A stretch of 63,995 nucleotides of DNA, the filler included, from Acidimicrobiia bacterium (GTDB taxonomy: Bacteria; Actinomycetota; Acidimicrobiia; Spongiisociales; CAZKJJ01): assembly GCA_046759765.1 (NCBI GenBank). It is 14 parts of 14 records of this genome, joined end to end, with 100 filler letters (N's around TTAATTAATTAA, not from the genome) between each part and the next. Parts side by side here need not be neighbours in the genome. Positions count along the whole stretch, not along the records: positions 28,413 to 33,008 come from JBHICV010000179.1; positions 33,109 to 37,682 come from JBHICV010000180.1; positions 37,783 to 42,289 come from JBHICV010000182.1; 11 more parts are not named here. One strand, written 5' to 3'. Position 1 is the first letter of the stretch; each line of letters begins with the position of its first letter. The notes beneath the pieces are model-generated. The model worked only from the letters and a program-made list of their open reading frames with translations, was not told the DNA's origin and did no database searches. Positions 30,362 through 40,920 of the stretch are shown here, piece by piece. A program made the position numbers and the translations under genes.

Positions 30362-30991
30362 GTGCGACGCATCCTCATCGGAGTCTCGGCGATGTTGGTT
30401 CTTGTAGCTGGAGGCGTGGCCGCGGTGGCTCTCCTCACCGCGCCCACCCTGGCTGTGGCCCAGCAGACGGACGCTGCTGCCCAAACCGAGGAGTATCCCG
30501 GGATGGAACGGGCCAGGCAATGGCTCTTCGATGCGACCGCGCATCTCGTCCCCACGGTGGTCACTCCGGAGCAGCAAGCGGCGATGGTGGGGGCGATTGT
30601 CGACGCGGGTGCCGAGCATTTCCGCGAGAAGGTGGACCACTACCGTCATCGAGCGCGGCGGCTCTTCGGCGCGGCTCTCGAGGTATCGGCGGGGGCCATC
30701 GGGATCGACCCCGAATTTCTCAAGGCTGAAGTTCTGGCGGGGGAGACGATCGCTTCAGTTGCGGAAGACAACGGCGTTGCCGTCCAGGTCGTGATCGACG
30801 AGCTCGTGGCTGCGGCCGAAGAGGCGATCGACGAGAAAGTAGCCACTGCTGATCGAGACATCGATCCCGAACGTGTTGCGAAGCTCAAGGAGAAGCTGCC
30901 GGAAATAGCCGAACGGTTCGTGAACGGTAACTGGGGCGATCGGTTCCGACGCTTTGCTGATCATGCGGAGGAGGCCGGGACTACCGGCTGA
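30362..30991 (+). CDS. Secreted/membrane-anchored hypothetical protein
   Basis: AAGGAG RBS, signal peptide, and A.AIGI....L..E...G.TIA.VAE.NGV motif. Confidence 0.75.
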   Translation: MRRILIGVSAMLVLVAGGVAAVALLTAPTLAVAQQTDAAAQTEEYPGMERARQWLFDATAHLVPTVVTPEQQAAMVGAIVDAGAEHFREKVDHYRHRARRLFGAALEVSAGAIGIDPEFLKAEVLAGETIASVAEDNGVAVQVVIDELVAAAEEAIDEKVATADRDIDPERVAKLKEKLPEIAERFVNGNWGDRFRRFADHAEEAGTTG

Positions 30992-30993
30992 GC

Positions 30994-31182
30994 ATGCCCG
31001 ACATCATCCGCGCCCGCCGAGTCCCGCCCTCGGGACGGCGGCCCCTGTTGGGTCGCGCGGGGCGTACCTGCGCCGAAGAGGGCTGTGACACAGTTCTCTC
31101 CCACTACAACCGCCGCGACTACTGCTACCTCCATGCTCCGACCCGCTTCCCACGGGTGCGGGGAAGAGTCAAGAGGCGCTGA
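30994..31182 (+). CDS. Small basic putative zinc-binding protein (62 aa)
   Basis: RTCAEEGC.T.LS.YN....C..H pattern. Confidence 0.65.
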   Translation: MPDIIRARRVPPSGRRPLLGRAGRTCAEEGCDTVLSHYNRRDYCYLHAPTRFPRVRGRVKRR

Positions 31183-31186
31183 GAGC

Positions 31187-32362
31187 TCAGACCTCTTGGA
31201 CGGCCCTGTCGATGGCAGCGCGGTCCCACATGCTGAAGACAGGTATCGCAGCCACGATGACGAACGCACACGCGGCAAACATCGCGCTGTAGCCCCAGAC
31301 GTCTATGACCGCGCCGAGGACTGGACCACCGATAAGAAGGCCGAGGTCTATCTCCGTCGTGAAGAGCGCTACAGCTGATCCCCGTTCGGCATCGGTGGCG
31401 CGGTCGACGACCATCGTCAGAAGGATCGGGAAACCGAAGCCATGGCCAATGCCCGACAGCATCCCCGCTAAGGCAATGTGCAAGGCAGATCCGGTCCCGG
31501 CGAGGACCAGGAACCCAAGGGCAAGTGCTCCGAAGGATGGATAGAGGACGCGACGCGGTCCTACGCGATCGGGGAGCCAGCCAAGAGACACTCGGAGCAA
31601 GATGGCAGTGACTGCATAGACCGCGAAGAACAAACCCACCGAGCCGATGCCGGTTTCACCGATGAAGGTCTTGAGGAAGATGAAGTACGAAGTGAGAACC
31701 AGCGCGAACACACCGATTATGAACCACAGAGGCAGGAGCCGCCGATCTCCCAGAGCCCTAAAGAATCCTCTTCGTGGCACTGCGGATGATTCACCCATTT
31801 TCACCGTCTCGCGTAGAGACAACGAAAGGAGCAGTGCGATGATGGCGAACGAGAGCGCAGTCATGAAGAGCGCTTGGAAATCCCATAACCCCAGGACCAG
31901 ATCCCCTATGACGCCTCCAAGGGCGATGGGCAGAAGACCCGAGACACCGAAGAGGGCCAAGCCCTGGGTCCGACGGTCCTCCGGCACAACGTCGGCGGCG
32001 TAGGTGAAGAGAACCGGAAAGAGGATTCCAATCCCGATTCCGTGGATGATCCTGACGACGTAGAGCCATGGTCCGATGGAGCTCACTGTCAAGTAGAGGA
32101 ACAACGCGAGGACGTTGATGGCGTTGCCCAGAAGGATGAGTGGTCGACGGCCGCGGGTGTCGGACGCCTGCCCCACCCACGGCCGGGCGGCAATCGACGT
32201 GAGCGATGCCACCCCAACGACCACGCCGATCTGCACCTCGCTGGCGCCCAGATCCTGGAGGTAGCCGGGGAAGTGGAGGAAGAGCGCCCAGGACAGGCCT
32301 TCCGTGAGGGCGGCAAACCAGACGAGGACGAAAGCGCCGGTGAGCAGACCCTTGGAATTCAC
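31187..32362 (-). CDS. MFS transporter
   Basis: About 12 TM helices; G.ASD..GRR and G.L.DR.GPRR motifs. Confidence 0.92.
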   Translation of the reverse strand: MNSKGLLTGAFVLVWFAALTEGLSWALFLHFPGYLQDLGASEVQIGVVVGVASLTSIAARPWVGQASDTRGRRPLILLGNAINVLALFLYLTVSSIGPWLYVVRIIHGIGIGILFPVLFTYAADVVPEDRRTQGLALFGVSGLLPIALGGVIGDLVLGLWDFQALFMTALSFAIIALLLSLSLRETVKMGESSAVPRRGFFRALGDRRLLPLWFIIGVFALVLTSYFIFLKTFIGETGIGSVGLFFAVYAVTAILLRVSLGWLPDRVGPRRVLYPSFGALALGFLVLAGTGSALHIALAGMLSGIGHGFGFPILLTMVVDRATDAERGSAVALFTTEIDLGLLIGGPVLGAVIDVWGYSAMFAACAFVIVAAIPVFSMWDRAAIDRAVQEV

Positions 32363-32453
32363 CGGTGCAACCTAGCAACCGGTCTGTCTGAACTTTTCCT
32401 AAACCGGCTCGGGAAGCTCGCGATAAGCCGTAGCGGCAGCGTACGCTGGCGTT

Positions 32454-33008
32454 ATGGATTCTCCGGCGCCGTCAGTTTCGCCGAGCCCCGTCACTGACAT
32501 GCCTGCCCCGCCTTCAGTTGCGGCGCGTGCTACAGCCGGTGCCGCCGCCGCCGCTGTCTCCATCGCCGTCTCGGAGCTCCTAACCGGTTTGCTCGGGGCC
32601 GGGTCTTCGTTGGTCGAGGCAATCGGCGAGCTCATCATCGACATCTCTCCAGAGCCCGTAACTCGGTTCGCGATCGCGGTATTCGGCCTCTACGACAAGC
32701 TCGCTCTGATCGTCGGCATCGTCGTCGTCAGCCTGGCTTTGGGTGCCGTTCTGGGGATTCTCTCGAGCAGAGCTTCGTGGGTTCCGATGGTCGGCTTCGC
32801 TGCCTTTGGTGCCTTCGGCGCGTACGCGGGCAGCACCCATCCCGACCTATCGACTGGGCTATCGGTGTTTGTGGCTTCGATCTCGGCCATAGCCGGCCTG
32901 GTGGTCCTCGGTCGATTGCTAGGGCTGGTGACGCCCAAGGTCCGACGGGCCGTAGGAGATGCCGAGGAAGGCGCCCCTTCTCCCGAGCGGCGAGCACTGC
33001 TGGTCGGG
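32454..33008 (+). CDS. Membrane N-terminal part of a molybdopterin oxidoreductase, truncated
   Basis: A.G...ID.SP......AI..FG.YDK.AL and a twin-Arg-like RRAL; complements 23713-24739. Confidence 0.8.
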
Positions 33009-33252
33009 NNNNNNNNNNNNNNNNNNNNNNNNNNNNNNNNNNNNNNNNNNNNTTAATTAATTAANNNNNNNNNNNNNNNNNNNNNNNNNNNNNNNNNNNN
33101 NNNNNNNNGATCCTGCCCTGGCTCGGCGTGGCCGCGACGGCCTCCTCCGTCATATGGGGAGGAGGAAACAATGCGGTCAGGGTCTTCGCTCCGCTTTGGA
33201 CCCTGGGATTCCTGGCAATGGCCACCCGCAAGGCCGTAGTGAGCCCAGAGCT

Positions 33253-36069
33253 TCAGAGAACCTCTCTGAGGAACTTGCCGGTATAGCTCTCAGGGAGCTC
33301 CACTACCTGCTCCGGCGAGCCCTCCGCGACGATCCGTCCGCCCTCGTCGCCGCCCTCCGGTCCCAGATCGATGATCCAGTCTGCCTGCTTGATCACGTCG
33401 AGATTGTGTTCGATGACAACGACGGTGTTGCCCAGGTCGACTATTCGCTGCAGAACGCCCAGCAACTTCCTCGTGTCATCGAAGTGCAGTCCCGTCGTCG
33501 GCTCGTCGAGTATGTAGAACGTGCTACCGGTGGCTCGCTTTCCCAGCTCGCTCGCCAGCTTGACGCGTTGGGCCTCGCCGCCTGACAGGGTGGGCGCCGG
33601 CTGACCGAGTTTGATATAGCCGAGCCCTACGTCGTGGAGCGTCTGCAGAATTCGGGCGATGGGCGGCTGATGTTCGAAGAACCTCAGTGCTTCGGTGACG
33701 GACATGTCGAGGACGTCCGCAATCGAGCGGCCCTTCCAGAGAACCTCGAGAGTCTCACGGTTGTACCGGCGTCCTTCACATACTTCGCATGGGACGTAAA
33801 CGTCGGGGAGGAAGTGCATCTCGATCTTGATCGTCCCGTCCCCGCGGCAGTTCTCGCAGCGCCCACCGCGTACGTTGAACGAGAACCTCCCGGGCTTATA
33901 GCCGCGGACCTTCGCTTCCGGGCTCGCCGCGAACAACTTGCGGATCCGGTCGAAAACGCCCGTGTACGTGGCGGCGTTGGATCGCGGGGTACGGCCGATC
34001 GGCGATTGATCGATGGTGATCGCCTTGTCGATGTGATCCAGCCCCTTGACCGTTTTGTGTCGCCCTGGGACCTCACGGGAGCTGTACAGACGTGAGCGAA
34101 GCGCCTTGGACAGGATCTCCTCCACCAGGGACGACTTGCCGCTCCCTGAGACGCCGGTGACGCAGATGAGCAAACCGAGTGGGAAGCGGACATCGATGCT
34201 CTTGAGATTGTTCTCGGCCGCCTCCACGACCTCGAGCCAGAGGTCGGTCGTCTCTCGCCTCCGTTCCGGCACGGGGATGCTCTTCCGACCGGTCAGGTAG
34301 TCCCCCGTCACGGATGACGGCTCAGCTTCGATCTCGGCCATCGTCCCTTCGGCCACCACCCTTCCGCCGTACTCCCCGGCTCCAGGCCCGAGGTCAACGA
34401 TGTAATCGGCCGATCTGATGGTGTTCTCGTCGTGCTCGACGACGATGACCGTGTTGCCGAGGTCACGAAGCCGGGCCAGGGTCTCCATCAGCCGATGGTT
34501 GTCGCGCTGGTGTAAGCCGATGGATGGTTCATCGAGAATGTATAGAACTCCAACCAACCCCGACCCGATCTGAGTGGCGAGCCGAATCCGCTGCGCTTCG
34601 CCACCCGACAGGCTGGCCGCGCCTCTGGAGAGAGTGAGATAGTCGAGACCGACGTCCAGTAGGAACCGAAGCCGCTCGTGAACCTCCTTGAGCACTCGCT
34701 CGGCGATGGCTCGCTCCCTTTCGGTCAGATCGAGGCCGGACAGAAAGTCGTCAGCGTCCGAGAGCGCCAGCGAGGAGACCTCATGGATGTTCAGGCCCGC
34801 GACCGTTGCTCCCAAGGCGATCGGGTTCAGACGTGCCCCCCCGCACGCATCACATGGGACCTCTCGCATGTACTCCTGGTAGTACTCCCGGGCCGAATCG
34901 GAATCAGCTTCCTCGTGACGCCTACGCAGGAACGGCACCACGCCCTCATAAGTGGTCGTGTACTGGCGGCGGCGTCCGAACCGATTGACATACGACACCT
35001 TGACCGGCGTCTCGCCTGTCCCGTACAGAACCAGTTTTTGCTCGGACGGCTTCAGATCTGAGAAAGGTGTCTCGACGCTGAATCCGTGCAACTCGGCAAC
35101 CCCCTCCAGGAGCCGCTGGAAGTAACGACCGCGGTGCCCTGACCAGGGCGCGATCGCTCCGTCTGCAATCGACAGATCATGATTGGGTATGGCCAGCTGA
35201 GGATCGACTTGGTACCTCGTTCCGATGCCTGAGCACTCTTCGCAAGCTCCATAGGGGCTGTTGAACGAGAAGTTGCGCGGTTGCAGCTCCTCGAAGGACA
35301 ACCCGTCGTGAGGGCAGGCGAGATGCTGACTGAACGTCAAGCTCCGCCCGTCCTCGACCTCTACCACCGCGACGCCCTCCGCCAGTTGGAGAGCAGTCTC
35401 CATCGAGTCAGTCAGCCTGCGCCCGATGTTCTTCTTCTGCACCAGCCGGTCGACAACCACTTCGATCGTGTGCTGGAAGTAACGATCCAGCCGAATGTGC
35501 TCGCTGAGATCGCGTACCTCCCCGTCGATGCGAGCCCGGCTGAAGCCCTGTTGGGAGAGATCAGCCAGCAAGGTCTCGTACTCGCCCTTTCGCCCGCGGA
35601 CCACCGGAGCGAGAACCTGAAACCGGGTACCTTCGGGAAGTTCGAGGATCCGATCGACGATCTGCTGCGGCGTCTGGCGGGTGACTTCGCGACCGCACCT
35701 CGGACAATGCGGGATACCGATGCGGGCGAAGAGCAGGCGAAGATAGTCGTGGATCTCCGTCACGGTGCCGACCGTGGAACGCGGGTTTCTGCTGGCGCTC
35801 TTCTGATCGATCGAGATGGCGGGAGACAGACCCTCGATGAAATCGACATTGGGCTTGTCCATCTGACCCAGGAACTGCCTGGCATAGGCCGACAGGCTCT
35901 CCACGTAGCGGCGCTGGCCTTCGGCATAGATCGTGTCGAACGCCAGCGACGACTTACCTGAGCCGGACAGCCCCGTGAAAACGATGAGCTTCTCGCGCGG
36001 AAGCTCCAGCGAGATGTTCTTGAGATTGTGCTCGCGGGCGCCGCGAATGGTGATCGTGTCGCTGGACAT
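33253..36069 (-). CDS. uvrA: Excinuclease ABC subunit A
   Basis: [32 protein letters not shown], two LSGGEAQR signatures, zinc fingers. Confidence 0.99.
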   Translation of the reverse strand: MSSDTITIRGAREHNLKNISLELPREKLIVFTGLSGSGKSSLAFDTIYAEGQRRYVESLSAYARQFLGQMDKPNVDFIEGLSPAISIDQKSASRNPRSTVGTVTEIHDYLRLLFARIGIPHCPRCGREVTRQTPQQIVDRILELPEGTRFQVLAPVVRGRKGEYETLLADLSQQGFSRARIDGEVRDLSEHIRLDRYFQHTIEVVVDRLVQKKNIGRRLTDSMETALQLAEGVAVVEVEDGRSLTFSQHLACPHDGLSFEELQPRNFSFNSPYGACEECSGIGTRYQVDPQLAIPNHDLSIADGAIAPWSGHRGRYFQRLLEGVAELHGFSVETPFSDLKPSEQKLVLYGTGETPVKVSYVNRFGRRRQYTTTYEGVVPFLRRRHEEADSDSAREYYQEYMREVPCDACGGARLNPIALGATVAGLNIHEVSSLALSDADDFLSGLDLTERERAIAERVLKEVHERLRFLLDVGLDYLTLSRGAASLSGGEAQRIRLATQIGSGLVGVLYILDEPSIGLHQRDNHRLMETLARLRDLGNTVIVVEHDENTIRSADYIVDLGPGAGEYGGRVVAEGTMAEIEAEPSSVTGDYLTGRKSIPVPERRRETTDLWLEVVEAAENNLKSIDVRFPLGLLICVTGVSGSGKSSLVEEILSKALRSRLYSSREVPGRHKTVKGLDHIDKAITIDQSPIGRTPRSNAATYTGVFDRIRKLFAASPEAKVRGYKPGRFSFNVRGGRCENCRGDGTIKIEMHFLPDVYVPCEVCEGRRYNRETLEVLWKGRSIADVLDMSVTEALRFFEHQPPIARILQTLHDVGLGYIKLGQPAPTLSGGEAQRVKLASELGKRATGSTFYILDEPTTGLHFDDTRKLLGVLQRIVDLGNTVVVIEHNLDVIKQADWIIDLGPEGGDEGGRIVAEGSPEQVVELPESYTGKFLREVL

Positions 36070-36116
36070 GGACGGGCTGCGTCTTCGGGCTCGCCAGTGT
36101 ACTGTGCCCTCCGGCC

Positions 36117-36130
36117 CGAACGTGTGTTCG
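36117..36130. promoter_or_regulatory. LexA (SOS) box upstream of uvrA
   Basis: CGAAC-GTGT-GTTCG fits the Gram-positive/actinobacterial consensus; TACACT -10 on the minus strand near 36096-36101. Confidence 0.85.
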
Positions 36131-36167
36131 TTTCCTTGTTCTTGTGACGCTCAGCTACCCATACGGT

Positions 36168-37491
36168 TGTGAGCTGTCTCATGTGATCGTTTCCATCGGT
36201 GTCGCGCAGCATCGCTGACATTTGAGAGCTGCCTGGTCAGTCTTTTCTGGTTCGAGGAGAGGAGGCTCCGGTGGCGGCGAGGGAGGCGATTGCTTTGGAC
36301 GAGAAGATGCGGATGGTGCTGCTGGCCGAGCAGCCCGATATGTCCATCAGCGGGGTGTGTGAACAGTTTGGGGTGTCTCGGCAGACGGTGAGCAAGTGGA
36401 GACGCCGGTATCGGGAGGAGGGGATCCAGGGCCTTGGGGAGCGGTCTCGTCGTCCGGGTCGTATCCCCCATCAGACCCCGGCCTGGCTGGAGGATGAGAT
36501 CGTTCTTCTCCGTAAGCAGCTGACCGAAACGGGCTTGGACGCCGGGCCGTTGACGATCGGCTGGCATCTACGGCAGAAGGGCATCGGCGGGCCTTCTGCC
36601 GCCACCATCCACCGGATTCTGGTCCGACGGGGCCAAGTAGTCCCGCAGCCTAAGAAACGACCCAAAATGACGATGGTCCGCGAATGGCCCCAACCCAACG
36701 CTCTATGGCAGATAGACGCCACCGAATGGCAGCTGGCCGATGACTCCAAGATCTGGATCATCGACTGTATAGACGACCACTCCCGTTACGTGCCGGCGGT
36801 GAGGGCAGTAGCCGCAGTGACGATGCAAAACGCCTGGCAGACGATGCAGACCGCTATCAGCGAAGCGGGAGCACCGGCCCGGCTGCTCTCAGACGGTGGT
36901 CTGGCGTTCACCGGTCGCCGCCACCGGACCCGGGTCGAGTTCGAGGACTGGGCCGCCCAGGCCGGCATCCACCAGATCGTCTCCTCCCCCTACCATCCCC
37001 AAACCTGCGGCAAGATCGAACGGTTCCACCAGACCCTCAAAAAGTGGCTGCGAGCACAGAAACCCGCAGCTGCAACCATCGGGGAGCTACAAACCCAGAT
37101 CGGCTTCTTCCGCAGCTACTACAACCACCAGCGACCCCATCAGGGCATCGGCCGGACCATCCCCGCCGACAGATACCAGGCCACTCCCAAAGCCCAGCCA
37201 GGAACCATCAACCCGGAGCCACCCACCCGGGTCGGACATCGGATAGTCCATCCCAACGGACACGTCGCCTGGAACGGTCACCTCCTCGGAGCTGGAAGCA
37301 AACGAGCCGACACAACCCTCACCGTCATACAAACCGGAGTCATCGTCGAGGTGTTCGCCGACCACCAGCTCATAGGCACCGCCAACCTCAACCCCAAACG
37401 CCGCTACCAGCCCCTAACCTCCACCGGCGAACAACCAGACATGTCAGCGATGTCCTGACACAGCACGTCAGCGATGAGCCGCGACATCACA
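36168..37491 (+). mobile_element. IS481-family insertion sequence
   Basis: TGT...ACA ends with internal repeated CATCGCTGAC boxes; ACCCATACGG duplicated at 36157-36166 and 37494-37503. The exact left end is uncertain by a few nt. Confidence 0.88.
36271..37458 (+). CDS. IS481-family DDE transposase
   Basis: HTH (CEQFGVSRQT..KW.RRY), WQID, DDHSR, SDGG..F, P.HPQTCGKIERFH.TLK, YN..RPH. Confidence 0.95.
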   Translation: MAAREAIALDEKMRMVLLAEQPDMSISGVCEQFGVSRQTVSKWRRRYREEGIQGLGERSRRPGRIPHQTPAWLEDEIVLLRKQLTETGLDAGPLTIGWHLRQKGIGGPSAATIHRILVRRGQVVPQPKKRPKMTMVREWPQPNALWQIDATEWQLADDSKIWIIDCIDDHSRYVPAVRAVAAVTMQNAWQTMQTAISEAGAPARLLSDGGLAFTGRRHRTRVEFEDWAAQAGIHQIVSSPYHPQTCGKIERFHQTLKKWLRAQKPAAATIGELQTQIGFFRSYYNHQRPHQGIGRTIPADRYQATPKAQPGTINPEPPTRVGHRIVHPNGHVAWNGHLLGAGSKRADTTLTVIQTGVIVEVFADHQLIGTANLNPKRRYQPLTSTGEQPDMSAMS

Positions 37492-37535
37492 CCACCCATA
37501 CGGCCTTCCGGCGCCACAAGAAAACGGGCTCTCGA

Positions 37536-37586
37536 TTCGTGTGACGCTCAACTACCTATACGGTCGTCAAACGTCACAAGAACGGG
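37536..37586. repeat. REP-like palindrome (intact copy)
   Basis: TTCGTGTGACGCTCAACTACCTATACGGTCGTCAAACGTCACAAGAACGGG; homologous to the copy split by the IS. Confidence 0.75.
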
Positions 37587-37782
37587 GCTAGATATCCGCC
37601 GGTTCGACTTCCGCGAGCGGGCCTTGCACCGCCCGCGCGCCGTCCTCCCGTGTGAACACCGCCAGAACGAAGCCGGTCAATGNNNNNNNNNNNNNNNNNN
37701 NNNNNNNNNNNNNNNNNNNNNNNNNNTTAATTAATTAANNNNNNNNNNNNNNNNNNNNNNNNNNNNNNNNNNNNNNNNNNNN

Positions 37783-38304
37783 TCGGCGCGAGACGAGCTT
37801 CAGCAGTTCCAGCGGCGCATCGGGACGACGACCATCTACGTGACCCACGACCAGGTGGAGGCCATGGGCTTGGGTGACCGCGTTGCCGTGATGGAGAGCG
37901 GCAAGGTGAGTCAGATCGGGACGCCTCAGGAGGTGTATGGCGAGCCTGCCGACACCTTCGTGGCCAGCTTCCTGGGGTCGCCGCCGATGAACCTCCTCGC
38001 GGGGCGGGACCGTCTCGTCGGATTTCGGCCGGAGCACTTTCTCCCGAAGGAGGTTTATGAGGGCAAGGGCGGGGTGGCGACGTTCACCTTCCGGGTGACC
38101 CGAGTCGAATATCTCGGAGCGGATCGGCTGGTGTATGGCCACCTCGGCGGGCAGTTCCCGGACGAGAAGGCTATCGCCAAGCTCCCATCCACCGTGACCC
38201 TCCCGATCGAGCCTAGCACGAGCTACGAGTTCGCCGTCCAGGAGAAGGACCTGAAGTTCTTCGAACGCGCGACCCGCCTCCGAACGGGACCGCGACCGCT
38301 GTAA
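37783..38304 (+). CDS. Sugar ABC transporter ATP-binding subunit (MalK-like), C-terminal part
   Basis: [36 protein letters not shown] domain. Confidence 0.93.
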   Translation, partial: SARDELQQFQRRIGTTTIYVTHDQVEAMGLGDRVAVMESGKVSQIGTPQEVYGEPADTFVASFLGSPPMNLLAGRDRLVGFRPEHFLPKEVYEGKGGVATFTFRVTRVEYLGADRLVYGHLGGQFPDEKAIAKLPSTVTLPIEPSTSYEFAVQEKDLKFFERATRLRTGPRPL

Positions 38305-38313
38305 AGGCGCGCG

Positions 38314-39261
38314 ATGGGCACGTTCGGGCAGGACACTGTGGTCGCGGCGGGAGAGGCGAGATGGGGCGGTCTGCGCTTTCTCCTCGACCGCGAGGAGTGG
38401 CTCGGGCGGCTCATGATCGCGCCCGCTATTCTCTACATTGCAGCCTTGATCGGCTTTCCCTTCTTTCTGGCGCTCTACTACAGCGTGAGCGACGTGACGG
38501 TCGGGAGCCAGCGGCTGGGGTTCGCGGGGCTCGAGAACTTCAGGGACATCGTGCAGAACCCCTCGTTTCGGCGGGCTCTAGGGAACACCTTCATCTTCGC
38601 CTTCGTCTCTCAGGCCCTGGTGCTCGTGCTCGCGAAGGTGCTCGCCCTGGTGCTGCTCAAGGACTTTCGTGGCAAGTGGGTCGTTCGGCTCCTCATCCTG
38701 CTCCCGTGGGTGGCGCCGATTTCGCTGGGTTCGATCGGGTGGCTGTGGATCCTGGATTCGATCTACAGCGTGATCAACTGGACTCTCCAGGCGGTCGGTG
38801 TCTTCGGCGCACATACGTGGCCGATCTGGCTCGGTGACCCGACCCTTGCCATGGTGTCCATCATCGGCGTGCACGTCTGGCGTCTCCTCCCCTTAGCCAC
38901 GGTGATCCTCCTCGCCGGGCTGACGTCGATACCGAGGGACATCCATGACGCGGCGGCTGTCGATGGGGCCGGCTTCTGGCGCCATCTCTTCCAGATCACG
39001 GTTCCCCTGGTGTTCCCGATCATGCTGGTCGCCGTCCTCTTCGGGCTCGTGTTTGCGTTCACCGACATGATCGTGGTCTTTGTGCTGACGCGCGGCGGCC
39101 CGTACGACACGACTCAGGTCCTCGCAAGTCTGGCGTGGTTCACCGGCATCGACGGGGGCAACCTCTCGGGGGGTGCGGCGATCGCCCTCTTCCTGTTCCC
39201 GGTGCTGCTCGCCGGAGCCATCGTCCTTCTCCGGCTCGCCCGGCGGGCCGAGGTCGCCTAG
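38314..39261 (+). CDS. Carbohydrate ABC transporter permease
   Basis: LLAGL..IP.DIHDAAAVDGA (EAA loop), TRGGP. Confidence 0.93.
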   Translation: MGTFGQDTVVAAGEARWGGLRFLLDREEWLGRLMIAPAILYIAALIGFPFFLALYYSVSDVTVGSQRLGFAGLENFRDIVQNPSFRRALGNTFIFAFVSQALVLVLAKVLALVLLKDFRGKWVVRLLILLPWVAPISLGSIGWLWILDSIYSVINWTLQAVGVFGAHTWPIWLGDPTLAMVSIIGVHVWRLLPLATVILLAGLTSIPRDIHDAAAVDGAGFWRHLFQITVPLVFPIMLVAVLFGLVFAFTDMIVVFVLTRGGPYDTTQVLASLAWFTGIDGGNLSGGAAIALFLFPVLLAGAIVLLRLARRAEVA

Positions 39262-39262
39262 G

Positions 39263-40117
39263 ATGACGCGCCCGCTCTTGCGGCTCAGGCGGTGGGCGAT
39301 GAACGGTGGCCACGTTGGCGCGGTGGCCGCGTTCACCATCTTCGCAGCGTTCCCCTTCTACTGGATGCTCATCACGACCTTCAAGGAAACTCGTGATCTG
39401 CTAGACACCGAGAACAACCCCTTTCTCTTCAACGCTCCGCCGACCCTGGAACATCTGAAGCTTCTGTTTTTCGAGACCCAGTACGGCCAGTGGCTCATGA
39501 ACACGGCCTTTGTGGGCGTCATTGTCGTCGCCATCACTCTCGTGCTGGCCATCCCCGCAGGCTACAGCCTCGCGCGGCTGAGCGGGCGGGTGGGCGAGCA
39601 GCTCGGCATCGGGATCTTTCTCACGTATCTCATCCCTCCCACGCTGTTGTTCATCCCTCTCTCGCGCGTGATTGGCGACCTCGGTCTCTACGATTCCCTC
39701 TGGGCTTTGGTCTTGGTGTACCCGAGCTTCACCGTTCCGTTCTGCACCTGGCTCCTGATGGGGTTTTTCAAGGCGATCCCCCGAGACCTGGAGGAGGCCG
39801 CGATGATCGATGGGCACAGTCGCCTTGGAGCCTTCGCGCGGGTGGTGATTCCGATCTCGCTGGCGGGAATCCTCACCGTGGTGATCTTCAGCTTCACGCT
39901 GGTCATGCAGGAGTTCGTCTACGCGCTCACCTTCATCACAGCCGCATCGAATTTTACGGTGAGCGTCGGAGTGCCGACGTTCCTCGTGCGAGGAGACGTC
40001 TATTTCTGGGGCTCGCTCATGGCTGGCTGCTTTATCGCCAGCGTGCCGATCGCCATCCTCTACAACCTCTTCGTCGACCGGTTCATCGCCGGCTTCACCG
40101 TCGGGGCCATCAAGTAA
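39263..40117 (+). CDS. Carbohydrate ABC transporter permease
   Basis: PFYWM..T.FK, IP.DLEEAAMIDG, F..G.T.GAIK. Confidence 0.93.
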   Translation: MTRPLLRLRRWAMNGGHVGAVAAFTIFAAFPFYWMLITTFKETRDLLDTENNPFLFNAPPTLEHLKLLFFETQYGQWLMNTAFVGVIVVAITLVLAIPAGYSLARLSGRVGEQLGIGIFLTYLIPPTLLFIPLSRVIGDLGLYDSLWALVLVYPSFTVPFCTWLLMGFFKAIPRDLEEAAMIDGHSRLGAFARVVIPISLAGILTVVIFSFTLVMQEFVYALTFITAASNFTVSVGVPTFLVRGDVYFWGSLMAGCFIASVPIAILYNLFVDRFIAGFTVGAIK

Positions 40118-40118
40118 T

Positions 40119-40700
40119 TCACAGGGGCTCGAGCCCCTGCTCCGTGATCAGCTGCAACGCCCTCAAGGCGGGCAGATAGCTGGGTCGGTGCGACAGCGCG
40201 CGCTCGAACGAGCGCTTGGCCTCGGCGATCCGTCCCTTCTCCAGGAGGATCCGACCGAGGTTGAAGTGCGGGAACTCGTAGCAGCAGTAGCGTTTGGCCT
40301 CCACCGCCTGCTTGAGCCAGGGAATCGCGTCGTCGGGCCGGCCGAGCTCGATGAGATACACGCCGATGTCGTTATACGGGTTGCCGTACTCCGCATCTAA
40401 CGCGATCGCCTTCTTGCACTCGGAAATCGCCCTCTCGAATCGGCCCAGCTTGCTCAGCGACCAACCGAGAAAGGTATGGGCCTCGGCGGTGGGACGGACG
40501 TCGATGGATCGTTGGAAGAGGAGGATGGCCTTGTCGAACTCGCCGGACAAGTGAAAGAAGTAGCCCGCTTGCCAGAACAAGTACGCCTGTTCGAGCGGGT
40601 CCGCCTCCCCAGGTGATTCTGCCCGCAGTGGCGCGGCGGCCCACATCCACACGAGGGAGATGAAAACCAAGACACGTCCGACACGGCGTTGGTGACTCAT
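40119..40700 (-). CDS. Secreted TPR-repeat protein
   Basis: Signal peptide; PTAEAHTFLGW, YGNPYNDIG.YL, FPHFNLGR. Confidence 0.88.
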   Translation of the reverse strand: MSHQRRVGRVLVFISLVWMWAAAPLRAESPGEADPLEQAYLFWQAGYFFHLSGEFDKAILLFQRSIDVRPTAEAHTFLGWSLSKLGRFERAISECKKAIALDAEYGNPYNDIGVYLIELGRPDDAIPWLKQAVEAKRYCCYEFPHFNLGRILLEKGRIAEAKRSFERALSHRPSYLPALRALQLITEQGLEPL

Positions 40701-40873
40701 TCCTTACCTGGTTTCGGCCGCTTTGAAAACACGAAGATCCATCGCGAGTCGGTGGGATCGGGGAGGCAGAAGATAATCTCCCAGCCTTGATCGCCGAGGC
40801 GGTTTAAGCCGGCTGTGACGTCCTTAGTGTTTGCGACTGGAACACTCTCGACGAGATACTCCCACTTCGTCAT
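40697..40873 (-). CDS. DUF4177-like small protein
   Basis: MTKWEY...LNRLG.QGWE......F.KRP. Confidence 0.8.
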   Translation of the reverse strand: MTKWEYLVESVPVANTKDVTAGLNRLGDQGWEIIFCLPDPTDSRWIFVFSKRPKPGKE

Positions 40874-40920
40874 CGCATTGTTGATCGGAAGCGACGCGGC
40901 CGTTGGCGGGGAATGTGCTC

